DNA of 64,000 nucleotides from a bacterium. GTDB taxonomy: Bacteria; UBA8248. The notes beneath the pieces are model-generated. The model did not search any database. It was not told where the DNA came from and was given only the letters and a program-made list of their open reading frames with translations. Positions 1 to 10,538 of the stretch are shown piece after piece. Where the stretch lies: the NCBI GenBank assembly GCA_965207065.1, contig OZ242260.1:672001-736000 (forward strand). Direction: 5' to 3'. Positions within the stretch are counted from its first letter, which is position 1. Every line of letters starts with the position of its first letter. The position numbers and the translations under genes are program-made.

Positions 1-1328
1 TCCCTGGCGATCAGCTCCCCGCGCAGAAAGGTCATCACCGGCGCGCCCACAAAAGTTCTGTTGGCGAAGGCCGTGTAATTTCCTTTACTTTTCCCCTTCA
101 CCGGATCGACGAGCACGGTCCGCTCCATATCGACCACCACGAGATCGGCGTCCGCTCCCGTGCGGATCGTCCCCTTTTTCGGGTAAAGGCGGAAAATCCT
201 CGCCGGCGCCTCGCACAAACGCGCAACGAGCGTCGGGAGCGTCAGGCGACCTTGACTCACTTCGTTCAGCATCGAAGGCAGAAAAATTTCGAGGCCGGGT
301 CCGCCGGGTGGAGCGATCCATATATTTTCGTTGTTCTTCAGCTCGTTGATCTGGGGGGCGTGGTCGGTTCCCATCGTGTCGATGGTCCCGTCCAGGAACC
401 CTTCGCGGAGAGCATCGCGATCGGCGGCTGTCTTGACAGGCGGGCTGAATTTTCCCCATGAACCCACCGCGTGAAGGTCCTTGTCGCACAAGAGCAGATT
501 GCACGGCGCCACTTCGGAGGTGATCTTGGCATTTTTTTTCTTCGCGTTGCGGATGAGTTGAACCGCTTCGGCGCCGATGACATGACAGATATGCAAACGG
601 GCGCCCGTAGCCGTGGACAGGGTGAGGGCATCGAAGACCGCGAGGTCTTCGGCGAAATTCGGCCGGCTCAGACGCCAGGCGTCGATGTCCGGCTTCATCG
701 TTTCCTTGCATCGCTCGGTGAAGAGCTCGAGGATCGGATTCGATTCGGCGTGGATTCCAATCTGTCCATCGAAGACCGCGATTTCCTCGAACAGCAGGAA
801 GAGCTTGTCGATGTCGACTGTAATGTAATTTGCGAAGTCTTCCTTGAAGGCCCCCGTTACGGCGGTGAAAATCTTGTAACCGATAGCGCCCAACTCCTGG
901 AAGTGATGGAGCTCTTTTCGGTTCTGATCGCAAGCCCAGGCGTAGAGGGCGATATCCGCGTATGTGCGGTTTTCGATGAGCGCTTTTCGTTCGAGAAAAT
1001 CCTCGGGCGTGAGAACGTCGGGTATGCCGTTTGGCATCTGCATCACCGTCGTCACACCGCCGACGGCGGCGCAGGCGGTTCCTGTGGTGAAGTCTTCCTT
1101 TTCGGATTCCCCCATGTCGCGCAGGTGCACGTGGGGGTCGATGATACCCGGCAGAAGGAATTTCCCCCCGAGATCGATCTCCTCCGCACTTCTCCCGGGC
1201 AGGGGGCCCTCTTCGACCGAAGCAATCCGCCCGTCGCGCAGGACCACGTTGGCGCGGCGAATCTCTTCGGGCGTCACAACATTCGCGTTCATCAGATTGT
1301 AATCACGATTTACGTCTGGGGGCGTCAT
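1..1328 (-). CDS. Dihydroorotase/allantoinase-like cyclic amidohydrolase (3' end runs off the window)
   Basis: Not in the ORF track because it has no stop in the window. Manual translation from ATG 1328 gives MTPPDVN...LLPGIIDPHVHLRDMG...EDFTTGTACAAVGGVTTVMQMPN, with the HxH metal motif. ATGA overlap with the upstream TRAP gene. Confidence 0.9.
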   Translation of the reverse strand, partial: MTPPDVNRDYNLMNANVVTPEEIRRANVVLRDGRIASVEEGPLPGRSAEEIDLGGKFLLPGIIDPHVHLRDMGESEKEDFTTGTACAAVGGVTTVMQMPNGIPDVLTPEDFLERKALIENRTYADIALYAWACDQNRKELHHFQELGAIGYKIFTAVTGAFKEDFANYITVDIDKLFLLFEEIAVFDGQIGIHAESNPILELFTERCKETMKPDIDAWRLSRPNFAEDLAVFDALTLSTATGARLHICHVIGAEAVQLIRNAKKKNAKITSEVAPCNLLLCDKDLHAVGSWGKFSPPVKTAADRDALREGFLDGTIDTMGTDHAPQINELKNNENIWIAPPGGPGLEIFLPSMLNEVSQGRLTLPTLVARLCEAPARIFRLYPKKGTIRTGADADLVVVDMERTVLVDPVKGKSKGNYTAFANRTFVGAPVMTFLRGELIAR

Positions 1329-3331
1329 CGCTGTTCCTCTCGTGATGGGTAAGAAGACGTAACCTCATCCGCTCCCGCTCCGCGCCGGAGACGCAAGGAA
1401 ACATCTACGGATCTCCAGCGTTGCCAAGCGACCACTGCCAGCAACAGGATGAGGCCGGTTCCGTTCGCTGAAATCGAGAAAGGGATCAACAAAACCCCGG
1501 AGACCACCAGGAGAATGCGCTCCACGATGTGGAGCTCCCGCAGCATTCTTCCCTGAACTCCGTAAGTAAAGGCCAATATCCCCAAAAGGGAAGTCCCGAC
1601 CGAGTATATCACTTCCCAGGGGGTTCCAATAAAAACGAGGCCGGGGCTGTATACGAACATGAACGGGACGATGAACGCCGCCAGCCCGATGCGTATCGCC
1701 GTGAATCCCGTCCGCAATGGAGGCGCCTTGGCGATGGCGGCGCCCGCGTACGCGGCCAATGCGACCGGCGGCGTGATCGCCGAAATAATGCCGGAGTACA
1801 GGACAAAGAGGTGCGCCGATATCTTGGGCACTCCGGCCTTGATCAGGGAAGGTGCAATCAGCACCGCCAGAATAATGTAGGCCGGCATCGTGGGCATCCC
1901 CATCCCGAGAAGAATGCTGGTTATCATGCCGATCACAAGCATCGGGAGCAAAGCTTCATTGGCCAGTTCGAGGAGAGCGAATGAAACCTTCGCCCCCAGA
2001 CCCGTCAGCGTGAAAATGCTCACCACGATCCCCGCACACGCGCAGGCGAGCGCGACCTGCAGCGTGGCCATTGTTCCCGCACGAAGCGCACTGAGAATCT
2101 GCCGGGGCGATAAGCGACTGGCGGCTTTCAGGGAACTGACGGCGACCGTAGCCACAATCGCCCAAAAACCCGATTTTGTCGGGGACCAGTGCATGTACAT
2201 CAACATGAAAACGAGAATGACCGGTGGGGCGAGAAAGGGCCAGCCTTCCGAGAGAAGCCGCAACGGTTTGGGAAGCTCAGAGCGATCCATCCCCCGAAGC
2301 CCCAGTCGCACGGCTTCGAGGTCAACGGCAATGAACACCGCGACGTAATAGAGGATGGCGGGCAGCAGCGCCATGACGATAATCTCTCTGTATGTGACGT
2401 GGATCATCTCGATCATGATGAAAACGGCCGCGCCCATGATGGGGGGCATGAACTGGCCCCCTGTCGAGGACACCGCCTCGACCGCGGCGGCAAAGGTGGG
2501 CTGGTACCCCAGACGCTTCATCATCGGTATTGTGAACGTCCCCGTGCCCACGACGTTGGCCGTGGCGCTGCCCGAAATTGTGCCGAAAAGAGTACTCCCC
2601 ACAACCGCGACCTTTGCCGGCCCGCCTCGCACCCTGCCGAAAAGCCCGAAGGCGAGATCGATGAAAAATCGGCCCGCGCCGGTCTCTTGAAGAAAAGCCC
2701 CGAAGGTGATGAACAGAATGACGAATGTCGCTGAAACTCCGATCGGAAACCCGTAAATACCTTCCGTACTGGTGTAGGAGTGCTGCAAAATCCGCCCCCA
2801 GTCGTAACCGCGGTGCCCGAAGATGCCCGGCATGTTCGGACCCCAATAAGCGTAGATCACGAACGCCACGGCAACCAGAGGCAACGTCCAGCCGATGACC
2901 CTCCGGGTTGCTTCGAGAACCAGGATGATTGCGACGATTCCGAGAAGCATGTCCGTTAAATTCGGATTCCCGTCCCGGAAAGTGAGAACATGGTATTGAT
3001 CGATAATGTAGAGGCCTATGGTGATACTTCCGACAACGAAAATGGTGTCGAGAACTCGACCGAAAACATAGAACCGCTTGTCCGTTGAAGTCGGGTAAAG
3101 AAGGTATGTGAGAATCAGAAGCGGACTCAAGTGAATCGAACGTTGAATAAGCGCACCGTACGCACCGGCGAAGCCCGTGTACAGGTGGAAAACCGCCACT
3201 GCAATGGCCAGCCAGGTGATGACCGGGTTGAGAAAACGCTCGAAGGCGTTGTCCGGACGGGTCCGGCCGTGAACGATCACCCCCGCTTCTTCCGAATCCG
3301 GCGATTGCTTCGGTTCGCCATTCGCGTTCAC
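1325..3331 (-). CDS. TRAP transporter fused permease (4TM/12TM, TAXI type)
   Basis: 668 aa, highly hydrophobic. Motifs GGPAKVAV, GTISGSATANV, STGGQFMPPIMGAAVF, ITPPVALAAY. Confidence 0.93.
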   Translation of the reverse strand: MNANGEPKQSPDSEEAGVIVHGRTRPDNAFERFLNPVITWLAIAVAVFHLYTGFAGAYGALIQRSIHLSPLLILTYLLYPTSTDKRFYVFGRVLDTIFVVGSITIGLYIIDQYHVLTFRDGNPNLTDMLLGIVAIILVLEATRRVIGWTLPLVAVAFVIYAYWGPNMPGIFGHRGYDWGRILQHSYTSTEGIYGFPIGVSATFVILFITFGAFLQETGAGRFFIDLAFGLFGRVRGGPAKVAVVGSTLFGTISGSATANVVGTGTFTIPMMKRLGYQPTFAAAVEAVSSTGGQFMPPIMGAAVFIMIEMIHVTYREIIVMALLPAILYYVAVFIAVDLEAVRLGLRGMDRSELPKPLRLLSEGWPFLAPPVILVFMLMYMHWSPTKSGFWAIVATVAVSSLKAASRLSPRQILSALRAGTMATLQVALACACAGIVVSIFTLTGLGAKVSFALLELANEALLPMLVIGMITSILLGMGMPTMPAYIILAVLIAPSLIKAGVPKISAHLFVLYSGIISAITPPVALAAYAGAAIAKAPPLRTGFTAIRIGLAAFIVPFMFVYSPGLVFIGTPWEVIYSVGTSLLGILAFTYGVQGRMLRELHIVERILLVVSGVLLIPFSISANGTGLILLLAVVAWQRWRSVDVSLRLRRGAGADEVTSSYPSREEQR

Positions 3332-3401
3332 TGAACGACTCCCTTGCGGTGATCGGCGCCCCCGCCCTCAGACGGAGGCGCCGAAATACCCGTACGACAG
3401 C

Positions 3402-4370
3402 TTACTTGATGCCCTTTTCCTTGAAGTAACGCGCGGCGCCGGGATGAATGGGGATGGGAATTTTCCCGGCAGAGCCTGGAAGTTTATATTTCGACCCGGC
3501 GCGGTGAATGGCGGCAAGCTCATCGGTGTGCTCAAGAACAGTTTTCGTCACCGCGTAGACCGTCGCGTTGTCCATATCCGCGTGGGTGATCACGATGGTC
3601 GCCGACGCCATCGCCCCGACGTCTCCCTTCATGCCGCCGTAAGTGCCCTTGGGAATGCTTGATGGGGTCCAATATGGATGAACCTTGCTGATTTTCTTCA
3701 TGTCTTCCATGGAGACGGGAACCAGTCTCACGTCGTGCGTCGTAGTGATGTCTTTTACCGCACCTCCCGGAATTCCGGCGAGTTGAATGGTCGCGTCAAT
3801 GGTTCCATCCTTCAGCGCCGCGACAGCTTCCGTCTGGGTCAGATGATCCGTTCGTGCGAACTGTTTGGTGCTGATCCCCAGAACCTCTAGCATCGCCACA
3901 CCCATTACCGCCGTGGAGCTACCCGGCTGGCCGATGGATATCCGTTTTCCTTTATAGTCATACACGCTCTTGATCCCCGACTTCCTGAGCGTCACGAAAT
4001 GCTCGATACTGGCGTGGCCGCTCATCAGAGCGCGGAGCTTGTATTTCTCTCCCGGCTTGAACCGCCCGCCTCCCTTCACCGCAAAGTAGGCGGCGTCCGG
4101 GGTCGTCAGACCAAAATCGGCTCTCTTGGTTCCGATGAGGCGCGTATTGCCGAAACCGCCTCCCGTGACCTCGGCGTTCGCCCGCATCCCCGAAACGTAT
4201 TTGGACAAGATCTTGGCCATGCCGGTTGCGACCACGATGTAGGTTCCGCCCGAAGCGCCGCCGGCGATGGTTACAAACTTCTTGGCGGCCTGGGCGGAGG
4301 AAATCGTCATCGCCAAAATGGCGACGACCACCACCGCGAACCTGATGAACGTCTTCATTGCGCGCATCAT
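3402..4370 (-). CDS. TAXI-family TRAP substrate-binding protein
   Basis: Signal peptide, GGTY and PGSS motifs, C-terminal IPIHPGAARYF. Adjacent to the fused TRAP permease. Confidence 0.92.
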   Translation of the reverse strand: MMRAMKTFIRFAVVVVAILAMTISSAQAAKKFVTIAGGASGGTYIVVATGMAKILSKYVSGMRANAEVTGGGFGNTRLIGTKRADFGLTTPDAAYFAVKGGGRFKPGEKYKLRALMSGHASIEHFVTLRKSGIKSVYDYKGKRISIGQPGSSTAVMGVAMLEVLGISTKQFARTDHLTQTEAVAALKDGTIDATIQLAGIPGGAVKDITTTHDVRLVPVSMEDMKKISKVHPYWTPSSIPKGTYGGMKGDVGAMASATIVITHADMDNATVYAVTKTVLEHTDELAAIHRAGSKYKLPGSAGKIPIPIHPGAARYFKEKGIK

Positions 4371-4489
4371 TTTCCGTCCTCCTTGGTTGGATAGACAAAG
4401 AACCTTCCTTGATTACCCGGAAGGATGATGAAGCCACAACAAGAGTCCGTATCAAAATGATTCGCAATAAATTCCCGAAAACAGGTTTC

Positions 4490-5269
4490 CTATTCTTCAG
4501 CTTCCTTCCAGCCCAGGGACGCCGAAACTTCTCGAGCGGCTCCGACGACCTGGACGGCAAGGGTTTCCCGGTTCGAGTTTTCGATCCGGTGAACCGGGGC
4601 CGAGAGCGTCATGGAAGCCGCAACATCGCCCCGTTCATCCAGCACCGGTGCGGAAATCGCCCTGGCCCCGACGATGAACTCCTGGTCGCTGTATGCGTAG
4701 CCCTTCTCACGAATCTCCCGGAGTTCTTTTCTTAATTTGACGGGATCGGTGATCGTATTTTTCGTCACTCTCGAAAGCTTCTGCTGCACGATCATTTCGA
4801 TATCCCGATCCGGCAATAAGGCGAGCAGGGCTTTCGACGCCGCCCCGACGTGCAATGACCGCACCTCTCCCACAAAAAACCGAGAGATGATCCTTTGGCG
4901 ACTTTCGATGCTCTCGATGCAAATGGTTTCCCGGCCCGATTTGATGCACAAAAAAGTCGTTTCCCCCGTTTCCGAGGTAAGCCTTCTCATGACGGGAAGC
5001 GCAAATTCGCAAAGGGTTCCATGATGCCCGTTCCGGGAACTATTATTCGAGAGGAGGGAGAGGGAGGGTCCCAACCGGTATTTTCCGTATTCCGCGGAAG
5101 CGTCCACGAAGCCCCTCGCCTGGAGGGTCTTGAGGAATCGGTAAGTCGTACTTTTGGGTAGCCGAATCTCGGAGGAGAGCTCATCCACAGAAGAAGAGCC
5201 GGACCCATGGGCTATCGCCCAGAGGAGATCGATGGCCTTGTCTATCGTCTTCAGGGAAGAGGCAGACAT
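4490..5269 (-). CDS. IclR-family transcriptional regulator
   Basis: N-terminal HTH (LPKSTTYRFLKTL), GAASKALLA, IREKGYA and AISAPV. Start could instead be 5281. Confidence 0.92.
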   Translation of the reverse strand: MSASSLKTIDKAIDLLWAIAHGSGSSSVDELSSEIRLPKSTTYRFLKTLQARGFVDASAEYGKYRLGPSLSLLSNNSSRNGHHGTLCEFALPVMRRLTSETGETTFLCIKSGRETICIESIESRQRIISRFFVGEVRSLHVGAASKALLALLPDRDIEMIVQQKLSRVTKNTITDPVKLRKELREIREKGYAYSDQEFIVGARAISAPVLDERGDVAASMTLSAPVHRIENSNRETLAVQVVGAAREVSASLGWKEAEE

Positions 5270-5273
5270 TGAT

Positions 5274-5292
5274 ATTCTCATTTATTGAGAAT
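5274..5292. promoter_or_regulatory. Palindrome ATTCTCA-N5-TGAGAAT, candidate IclR operator
   Basis: Perfect 7-bp inverted repeat at the start of the IclR gene. Confidence 0.5.
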
Positions 5293-5846
5293 TATTTTCT
5301 TGTATATCAGTAAATATAGGTCTCGCACCCATACTTGTCAACCGATGCTCGTTTTGTCCCAATAGCGAATCTTGCAGCGCGAGAGGAAGCCCGAGATTTT
5401 TTTGTTTGTAGCTTCGGAGCGATAGGGGCAATTGTCCAGAAAGCTAACTGATTAGAGCAAATCATGAGCAAACGGTTCGAGGCAGGGATCCTGCTCTCCA
5501 GGGGATGAACCATTTTCCGGTAGTTTCTCACGGAGCTGACAGAGCGGAGTTTGAGGGCGGATATATCGCCCCGGCAGTAGATGGGACCCGGCGGATGACC
5601 CCGGGAAAATAATGAACCAGGTTTCCGCCCCGACGCGCTCTATCGCCCCGGACGGCTTACGCAAATCGCCGCAGGCCGTGTCGCGTGATCGAGACGAAAA
5701 TCACGGCCTTGACCCCGATTCGAGGCTCATCTAACCTGCTCTCTAAATTGAAAATAAATTTGCGCTGATGTCCGGTTTCAGGTCCCGGACGAATCTGATT
5801 CCGGCTCTTCGGAGTCGTGTGTTTCCATCTTCAAGGGGGGTTTCTC

Positions 5847-7067
5847 ATGTCTGGTCTTGGAAAAAAAATGTTTGTCGCCGCAGTCATGTCTCTGGCGCTC
5901 GCGTCATACGGCGCGTCCACTTCGTTCGCGGCGAAAACCATCAAGATAGGCGTCCTCTCTCCACTGACGGGCCTCTACTCCATCGTGGGGAAACGGACGA
6001 GCCAGGGCATCAACATGGCCGTCAAGGAGATCAACGACGCGGGCGGCGTCCTGGGCCACAAGTTCGAGGCGCTGATCCGCGACTCCGAGACCAACCCGGC
6101 GAGTTCAGTGCGCACGGCGAGGCGCCTGATCCTGCGCGACAAGGTCTTCGCCCTGCTCGGCCCGCTGCACGGGGGAGCGGCCATCGCCGTCCTGCAGGAA
6201 TCGAAAAAGCTCAAGACGATGAACTTCCCCTGGGCTGCGACCGAGGAGATCAACACGAAATTCTGCAGCCGCTACACCTGGCGCGTGGGCAGCAGCGCGC
6301 AGCAGACCTCCCGCGCGGGCGCCGTCATCGCCCACCGGCTGGGCCTGAAGAAGTGGGCGACGATATCTTCTGATTTCTCATACGGCCGCTCCGTCGTCCG
6401 GCAGTTCTGGAACTACCTCAAGGAACGCGACCCGGGCGCGAAACGCCCCTATGCGGCCTGGCCGAAGCTGGGCGAGAACGATTACTCCGCCTACATCAAC
6501 AAGATGCAGAAAGCGAAGCCCGACGCCATCTTCGTCGGCCTGTTCGGGGCCGACCTCATCAAGTTCATGAAGCAGGCCCGCTCTTTCGGCATGTACGAGA
6601 AGGTGAAGATTTTCACCGATTTCGGCGGCAACCACGTCGTGCTCAAGGCGCTCGGGGATCAGGCGCCGTTCGGCCACTGGGCGAGTTCGCGCTATCTGCA
6701 CAACTATCCGGTTTCCGCGGGCAACAAGCGCTTCGTGGACAACTTCCGCAAGGCGTACAACGTCTATCCGGACATGACGGCCGGCGAGGCGTACTCGACC
6801 GTCCACGTCATTGCGGAATCCATCCGCCGCGCGGGCGCCGTGGACAAGGAGAAGGCGATTGACGCCATGGGCGGGGTCGCCTTCAACTCGCCCGAGGGAT
6901 GGATCATCATGCGCCCCTCCGACCACCAGGGCTGGCAGTCCAGCTTCTGGGGCGTGATTTCAAAGAGCAAGAAGTATCCTTTCCCGATCCTCTCGAACAT
7001 TCAGGTGATCTCTCCCGTCGAGGGTTCACACCCCGACGAGAGCACGGGCCAGGGCTGCCGGAAATAA
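5847..7067 (+). CDS. Branched-chain amino acid-type ABC transporter substrate-binding protein
   Basis: Signal peptide, IKIGVLSPLTG and EINDAGGVLG (PBP type 1). Precedes livHMGF-like genes. Confidence 0.92.
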   Translation: MSGLGKKMFVAAVMSLALASYGASTSFAAKTIKIGVLSPLTGLYSIVGKRTSQGINMAVKEINDAGGVLGHKFEALIRDSETNPASSVRTARRLILRDKVFALLGPLHGGAAIAVLQESKKLKTMNFPWAATEEINTKFCSRYTWRVGSSAQQTSRAGAVIAHRLGLKKWATISSDFSYGRSVVRQFWNYLKERDPGAKRPYAAWPKLGENDYSAYINKMQKAKPDAIFVGLFGADLIKFMKQARSFGMYEKVKIFTDFGGNHVVLKALGDQAPFGHWASSRYLHNYPVSAGNKRFVDNFRKAYNVYPDMTAGEAYSTVHVIAESIRRAGAVDKEKAIDAMGGVAFNSPEGWIIMRPSDHQGWQSSFWGVISKSKKYPFPILSNIQVISPVEGSHPDESTGQGCRK

Positions 7068-7087
7068 ATATCGCGCGTGAAGCCACA

Positions 7088-7120
7088 GGCGCCCCGGGGA
7101 GTTTCCGGGGCGTCGTTTCA
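7088..7120 (+). terminator. Stem-loop after the binding-protein gene (terminator or mRNA-stabilising hairpin)
   Basis: GGCGCCCCGG...CCGGGGCGTC followed by a short T run. Confidence 0.45.
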
Positions 7121-7143
7121 CTCTTTTCGGGAGGCCCGGGCGC

Positions 7144-8025
7144 ATGGAATTGGACGTCAGTTTCTGGTTGACCCAGTTCCTGAACGGGTTGGCCAATGCG
7201 ATGGTTCTCTTCCTGATCGCCTCAGGCCTGACGATTCTCCTGGGCGTGCTGGGCGTCCTGAATCTGGCCCATGGCTCGTTCTACATGCTGGGCGCTTTTC
7301 TGATTTTCTCAAGCTCGATCATCAAGAACCCGAGCTGGTTCTGGGTGGGCCTGCTCCTGGCGCCCCTCGTGGTGGCGGGGTTCGGGACCATCATCGAAGC
7401 GTTCTGCCTGCGCCCGCTCTATGGCCGTGAAAGACTCTACACCCTGCTGCTGACATACGGCTTCACGCTCATTCTCGACGACCTGGTTCTGCTGATCTGG
7501 GGCCGGGATTACAAGTCCGTACCCATCCCCGCGCTGTTCGAGGGACGGCTCACCATCGGGGATTTCAGTTACCCCGTGTATTTTCTCTTCATCATCGCGG
7601 TCGGCCCGCTGTTGGGCGTTTTCCTGTGGTTCATTCTGAACAAGACGAATTTCGGGAAACTCATCCGCGCCGCAGCCACGGACAGCGAGATGCTGGACGC
7701 CCTGGGGGTGAACGTGAACCGGGTGTTCACCGGCGTATTCGCCCTGGGCGCCTGGCTCGCGAGCCTGGGCGGCATTCTGGCGGCGCCGATGCGGAGCGTC
7801 GAGCCCGGCATGGGGGTGGAGATCATCATCGAATCGTTCATCGTCGTCATCATCGGGGGGATGGGAAGTTACCTGGGCGCGTTCGTGGGCGCGGTGCTCA
7901 TCGGGATGCTCAAGGCGTTCGGCATCGAGATACTCGAGAATTTCGCGATGATATTCATCTACGCCCTCGTATTGCCGATTCTGATCCTGAGACCCCGCGG
8001 TCTGTTCGGCGAAACGACGATATAG
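7144..8025 (+). CDS. livH: Liv-type ABC permease
   Basis: GLTILLGVLGVLNLAHG motif and RPRGLFG C-terminus. Confidence 0.9.
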   Translation: MELDVSFWLTQFLNGLANAMVLFLIASGLTILLGVLGVLNLAHGSFYMLGAFLIFSSSIIKNPSWFWVGLLLAPLVVAGFGTIIEAFCLRPLYGRERLYTLLLTYGFTLILDDLVLLIWGRDYKSVPIPALFEGRLTIGDFSYPVYFLFIIAVGPLLGVFLWFILNKTNFGKLIRAAATDSEMLDALGVNVNRVFTGVFALGAWLASLGGILAAPMRSVEPGMGVEIIIESFIVVIIGGMGSYLGAFVGAVLIGMLKAFGIEILENFAMIFIYALVLPILILRPRGLFGETTI

Positions 8026-8041
8026 GGGCGCGAGAAGACCT

Positions 8042-9070
8042 ATGGAAAGTACATCGGGCAAGAAATCATTATTGAGCCGCCTCATGGAGCGCATCCCCAA
8101 CCGCTTCGGCGTCACGGTCCTGCTCGCCCTGGCCGTTCTCGCGCCTTTCCTGGTGCAGAACGATTATTACATCCAGCTTTGCACGGAAATCCTCATCGCG
8201 AGCCTGCTCGCCATCAGCCTGAATTTTCTCATCGGCTTCACCGGTCTCGTCTCCCTGGGCCACGCGGTGTACCTGGGCGTCGGCGCCTACGCCTTCGCCC
8301 TGCTGACGAAGAACGTGTATCCCTCCATGTGGGCCGGCTTGATAGCGGCGGGCGCGTCGTGCGCCCTTCTCGCCTGGTTCATGGGCGTTTTCTGCGTACG
8401 CCTGGCGGGGCTGTATTTCGCCATGCTGACGCTCGCGTTCTCTCAAGTCGTCTACACCGTCGCCTACTACTGGCGCGACGTCACCGGCGGGGACGACGGG
8501 ATGCTCGGCATCCCGAAGCCCGAGATAGGTGTTCCGGGCGTCTTCAGCATTTCCCTGGAATCGTTCACGAACTTTTATTATTTCGTGCTGATCATCGTGG
8601 CGGCCTTGATATTTCTCGCGTGGAAGATCGCCAACTCCCCTTTCGGCAGGGTTTTGCAGGCGATTCGGGAGAATCCCGAGCGCGTGGAGTTCATCGGCCT
8701 GCCCGTGCACAGGTACAAACTGTACGCCTTCATCATCGCAGGCACCCTCGGCGGTTTCGCGGGCGGCCTCTACTCGACATTTCAGGGCTATATCTCACCC
8801 GACCTGCTCTACTGGACCCAATCGGGCGAGATCGTACTGATGACGATCCTGGGCGGCATGTATTCTTTCTTAGGACCCGCATTCGGCGCGGGGATGCTCC
8901 TGTTCATCCGGGACACGGTGTTGAATTTCATGGAGTACTGGAGAATCGTCGTCGGCGGCATTCTGGTGCTCCTGGTCCTGTTCCTCCCCGGCGGAATCCT
9001 GGGATTCTTCGAGGAGTGGGCCTCCCGATTATCGATTGGCGGAAACGATGGCGACGACGCCCGTTCTTGA
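8042..9070 (+). CDS. livM: Liv-type ABC permease
   Basis: GFTGLVSLGHA, YFAMLTLAF, TGGDDG and SPFGRVLQAIREN. Confidence 0.9.
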   Translation: MESTSGKKSLLSRLMERIPNRFGVTVLLALAVLAPFLVQNDYYIQLCTEILIASLLAISLNFLIGFTGLVSLGHAVYLGVGAYAFALLTKNVYPSMWAGLIAAGASCALLAWFMGVFCVRLAGLYFAMLTLAFSQVVYTVAYYWRDVTGGDDGMLGIPKPEIGVPGVFSISLESFTNFYYFVLIIVAALIFLAWKIANSPFGRVLQAIRENPERVEFIGLPVHRYKLYAFIIAGTLGGFAGGLYSTFQGYISPDLLYWTQSGEIVLMTILGGMYSFLGPAFGAGMLLFIRDTVLNFMEYWRIVVGGILVLLVLFLPGGILGFFEEWASRLSIGGNDGDDARS

Positions 9071-9800
9071 GACCAAGGCTCTCACCAAGTCGTTCGGTTC
9101 GCTCCTGGCGGTGAACGAGGTGGACTTTCAGGTCCCGGAGGGGGAGTTGTGCGCCGTCATAGGCCCCAACGGAGCGGGGAAGACCACCTTCTTCAACCTG
9201 ATCTCGGGGAGGCTCGAACCCACGTCCGGCGGCGTTTTCTTCGAGGGGGAGGACATCACCGGGTATCCTCCGCACGCGGTGGTGAAAAAAGGGGTGGGCC
9301 GTTCTTTTCAGATCACGAACATATTTCCCAGGCTTTCGGTTCTGGACAACGTGCGCATCGCCGTCTTGGCGAGACGGGGAAAGACGCTGGACATGTTCTC
9401 CCCCATCGAGAAGCACACCGAAGAGCAGGAGGAGGCGCTTTCGATCCTCGGCGAGGTGGAACTCGAACACAAGGCGAATCACCCGACCACGGAACTGGGC
9501 CACGGGGAGCGGAGAAACCTGGAACTCGGCATCACGCTGGCGCTGGAGCCCCGCTTGATCCTGCTCGATGAGCCGACGGCCGGCATGTCGATCGAGGAGA
9601 CGTCGAACACGATAGATCTCGTGAAAAAGATATCCAGCGATAAAACGGTCGTCTTCACCGAGCATGACATGAGCGTGGTTTTCTCGATCGCCGATCGCAT
9701 ATCCGTTCTGCATCAGGGAAGCATCATCGCCGAGGGAACGCCGGATGAGATTCGAAACGACGACCTCGTCCGCCTCGCCTACCTGGGGGAAGAGGTGTGA
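9048..9800 (+). CDS. livG: Liv-type ABC ATPase
   Basis: Walker A GPNGAGKTT and Walker B LLDEPTAG. Confidence 0.9.
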   Translation: MATTPVLETKALTKSFGSLLAVNEVDFQVPEGELCAVIGPNGAGKTTFFNLISGRLEPTSGGVFFEGEDITGYPPHAVVKKGVGRSFQITNIFPRLSVLDNVRIAVLARRGKTLDMFSPIEKHTEEQEEALSILGEVELEHKANHPTTELGHGERRNLELGITLALEPRLILLDEPTAGMSIEETSNTIDLVKKISSDKTVVFTEHDMSVVFSIADRISVLHQGSIIAEGTPDEIRNDDLVRLAYLGEEV

Positions 9801-10498
9801 TTCTCAGCGTCGAGAAAATAAACACGTTCTATGGGGACAGCCATATTCTGTTCGACGTGGATATGAGTATCGCCGAGGGAGAGGTGGTGAGCCTCCTCGG
9901 CAGGAACGGCGCGGGAAAGACGACGACGCTCCGCTCCATCATGGGGCTGACGTCCCCGCGGGCGGGGAGCGTGTGCTGGCTGGGCGAGGAGGTGCAGCGC
10001 CTGAAACCTCACGAGATTGCGAGAAAAGGGGTAGGTTTCGTGCCCGAGGACAGGAGGATATTCTCCCGTCTGAGCGTGGAAGAAAACCTTGAGATAGGCG
10101 CTTTCAAGCTGGAGGGGCCAAGCGGCTGGACACTCGAGCGGATATATGGTCTTTTCCCCAAGCTTGAGCAATTGAAAGCCCACAAGGGGAACGAGCTCAG
10201 CGGCGGTGAGCAGCAGATGCTGGCCATCGCCCGCGCGTTGATGGGGGCGCCCAAGCTCGTTCTGCTCGACGAACCCTCGGAAGGCCTCGCGCCGGCCATC
10301 GTGAAAGACGTGGGCGAGATGATCGGCAGGCTCAAGGACGAGGGAATCGCCGTATTGCTTGTGGAGCAGAACACCCGCTTTGCCTGCCGGCTCTCCGATC
10401 GCGTCTACATCATCGACAACGGCAGGGTGCGTTTCGGTGGCACGGTGGCGCAGCTCGAAGCGGATGAGGAACTGAAATCGCGCTACCTGGCCGTTTGA
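9797..10498 (+). CDS. livF: Liv-type ABC ATPase
   Basis: GRNGAGKTT, LSGGEQQ and LLDEPSEGLAP. Confidence 0.9.
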   Translation: MILSVEKINTFYGDSHILFDVDMSIAEGEVVSLLGRNGAGKTTTLRSIMGLTSPRAGSVCWLGEEVQRLKPHEIARKGVGFVPEDRRIFSRLSVEENLEIGAFKLEGPSGWTLERIYGLFPKLEQLKAHKGNELSGGEQQMLAIARALMGAPKLVLLDEPSEGLAPAIVKDVGEMIGRLKDEGIAVLLVEQNTRFACRLSDRVYIIDNGRVRFGGTVAQLEADEELKSRYLAV

Positions 10499-10538
10499 TT
10501 TTTTCTTTTTCCATTAATGGAGACGAGGAGGATTCTGT

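Noticed and set aside
85-1352. ORF-track entries 85-933 (-) and 471-1352 (+)
   Set aside because: Shadow frames of the real amidohydrolase gene (1-1328, minus).
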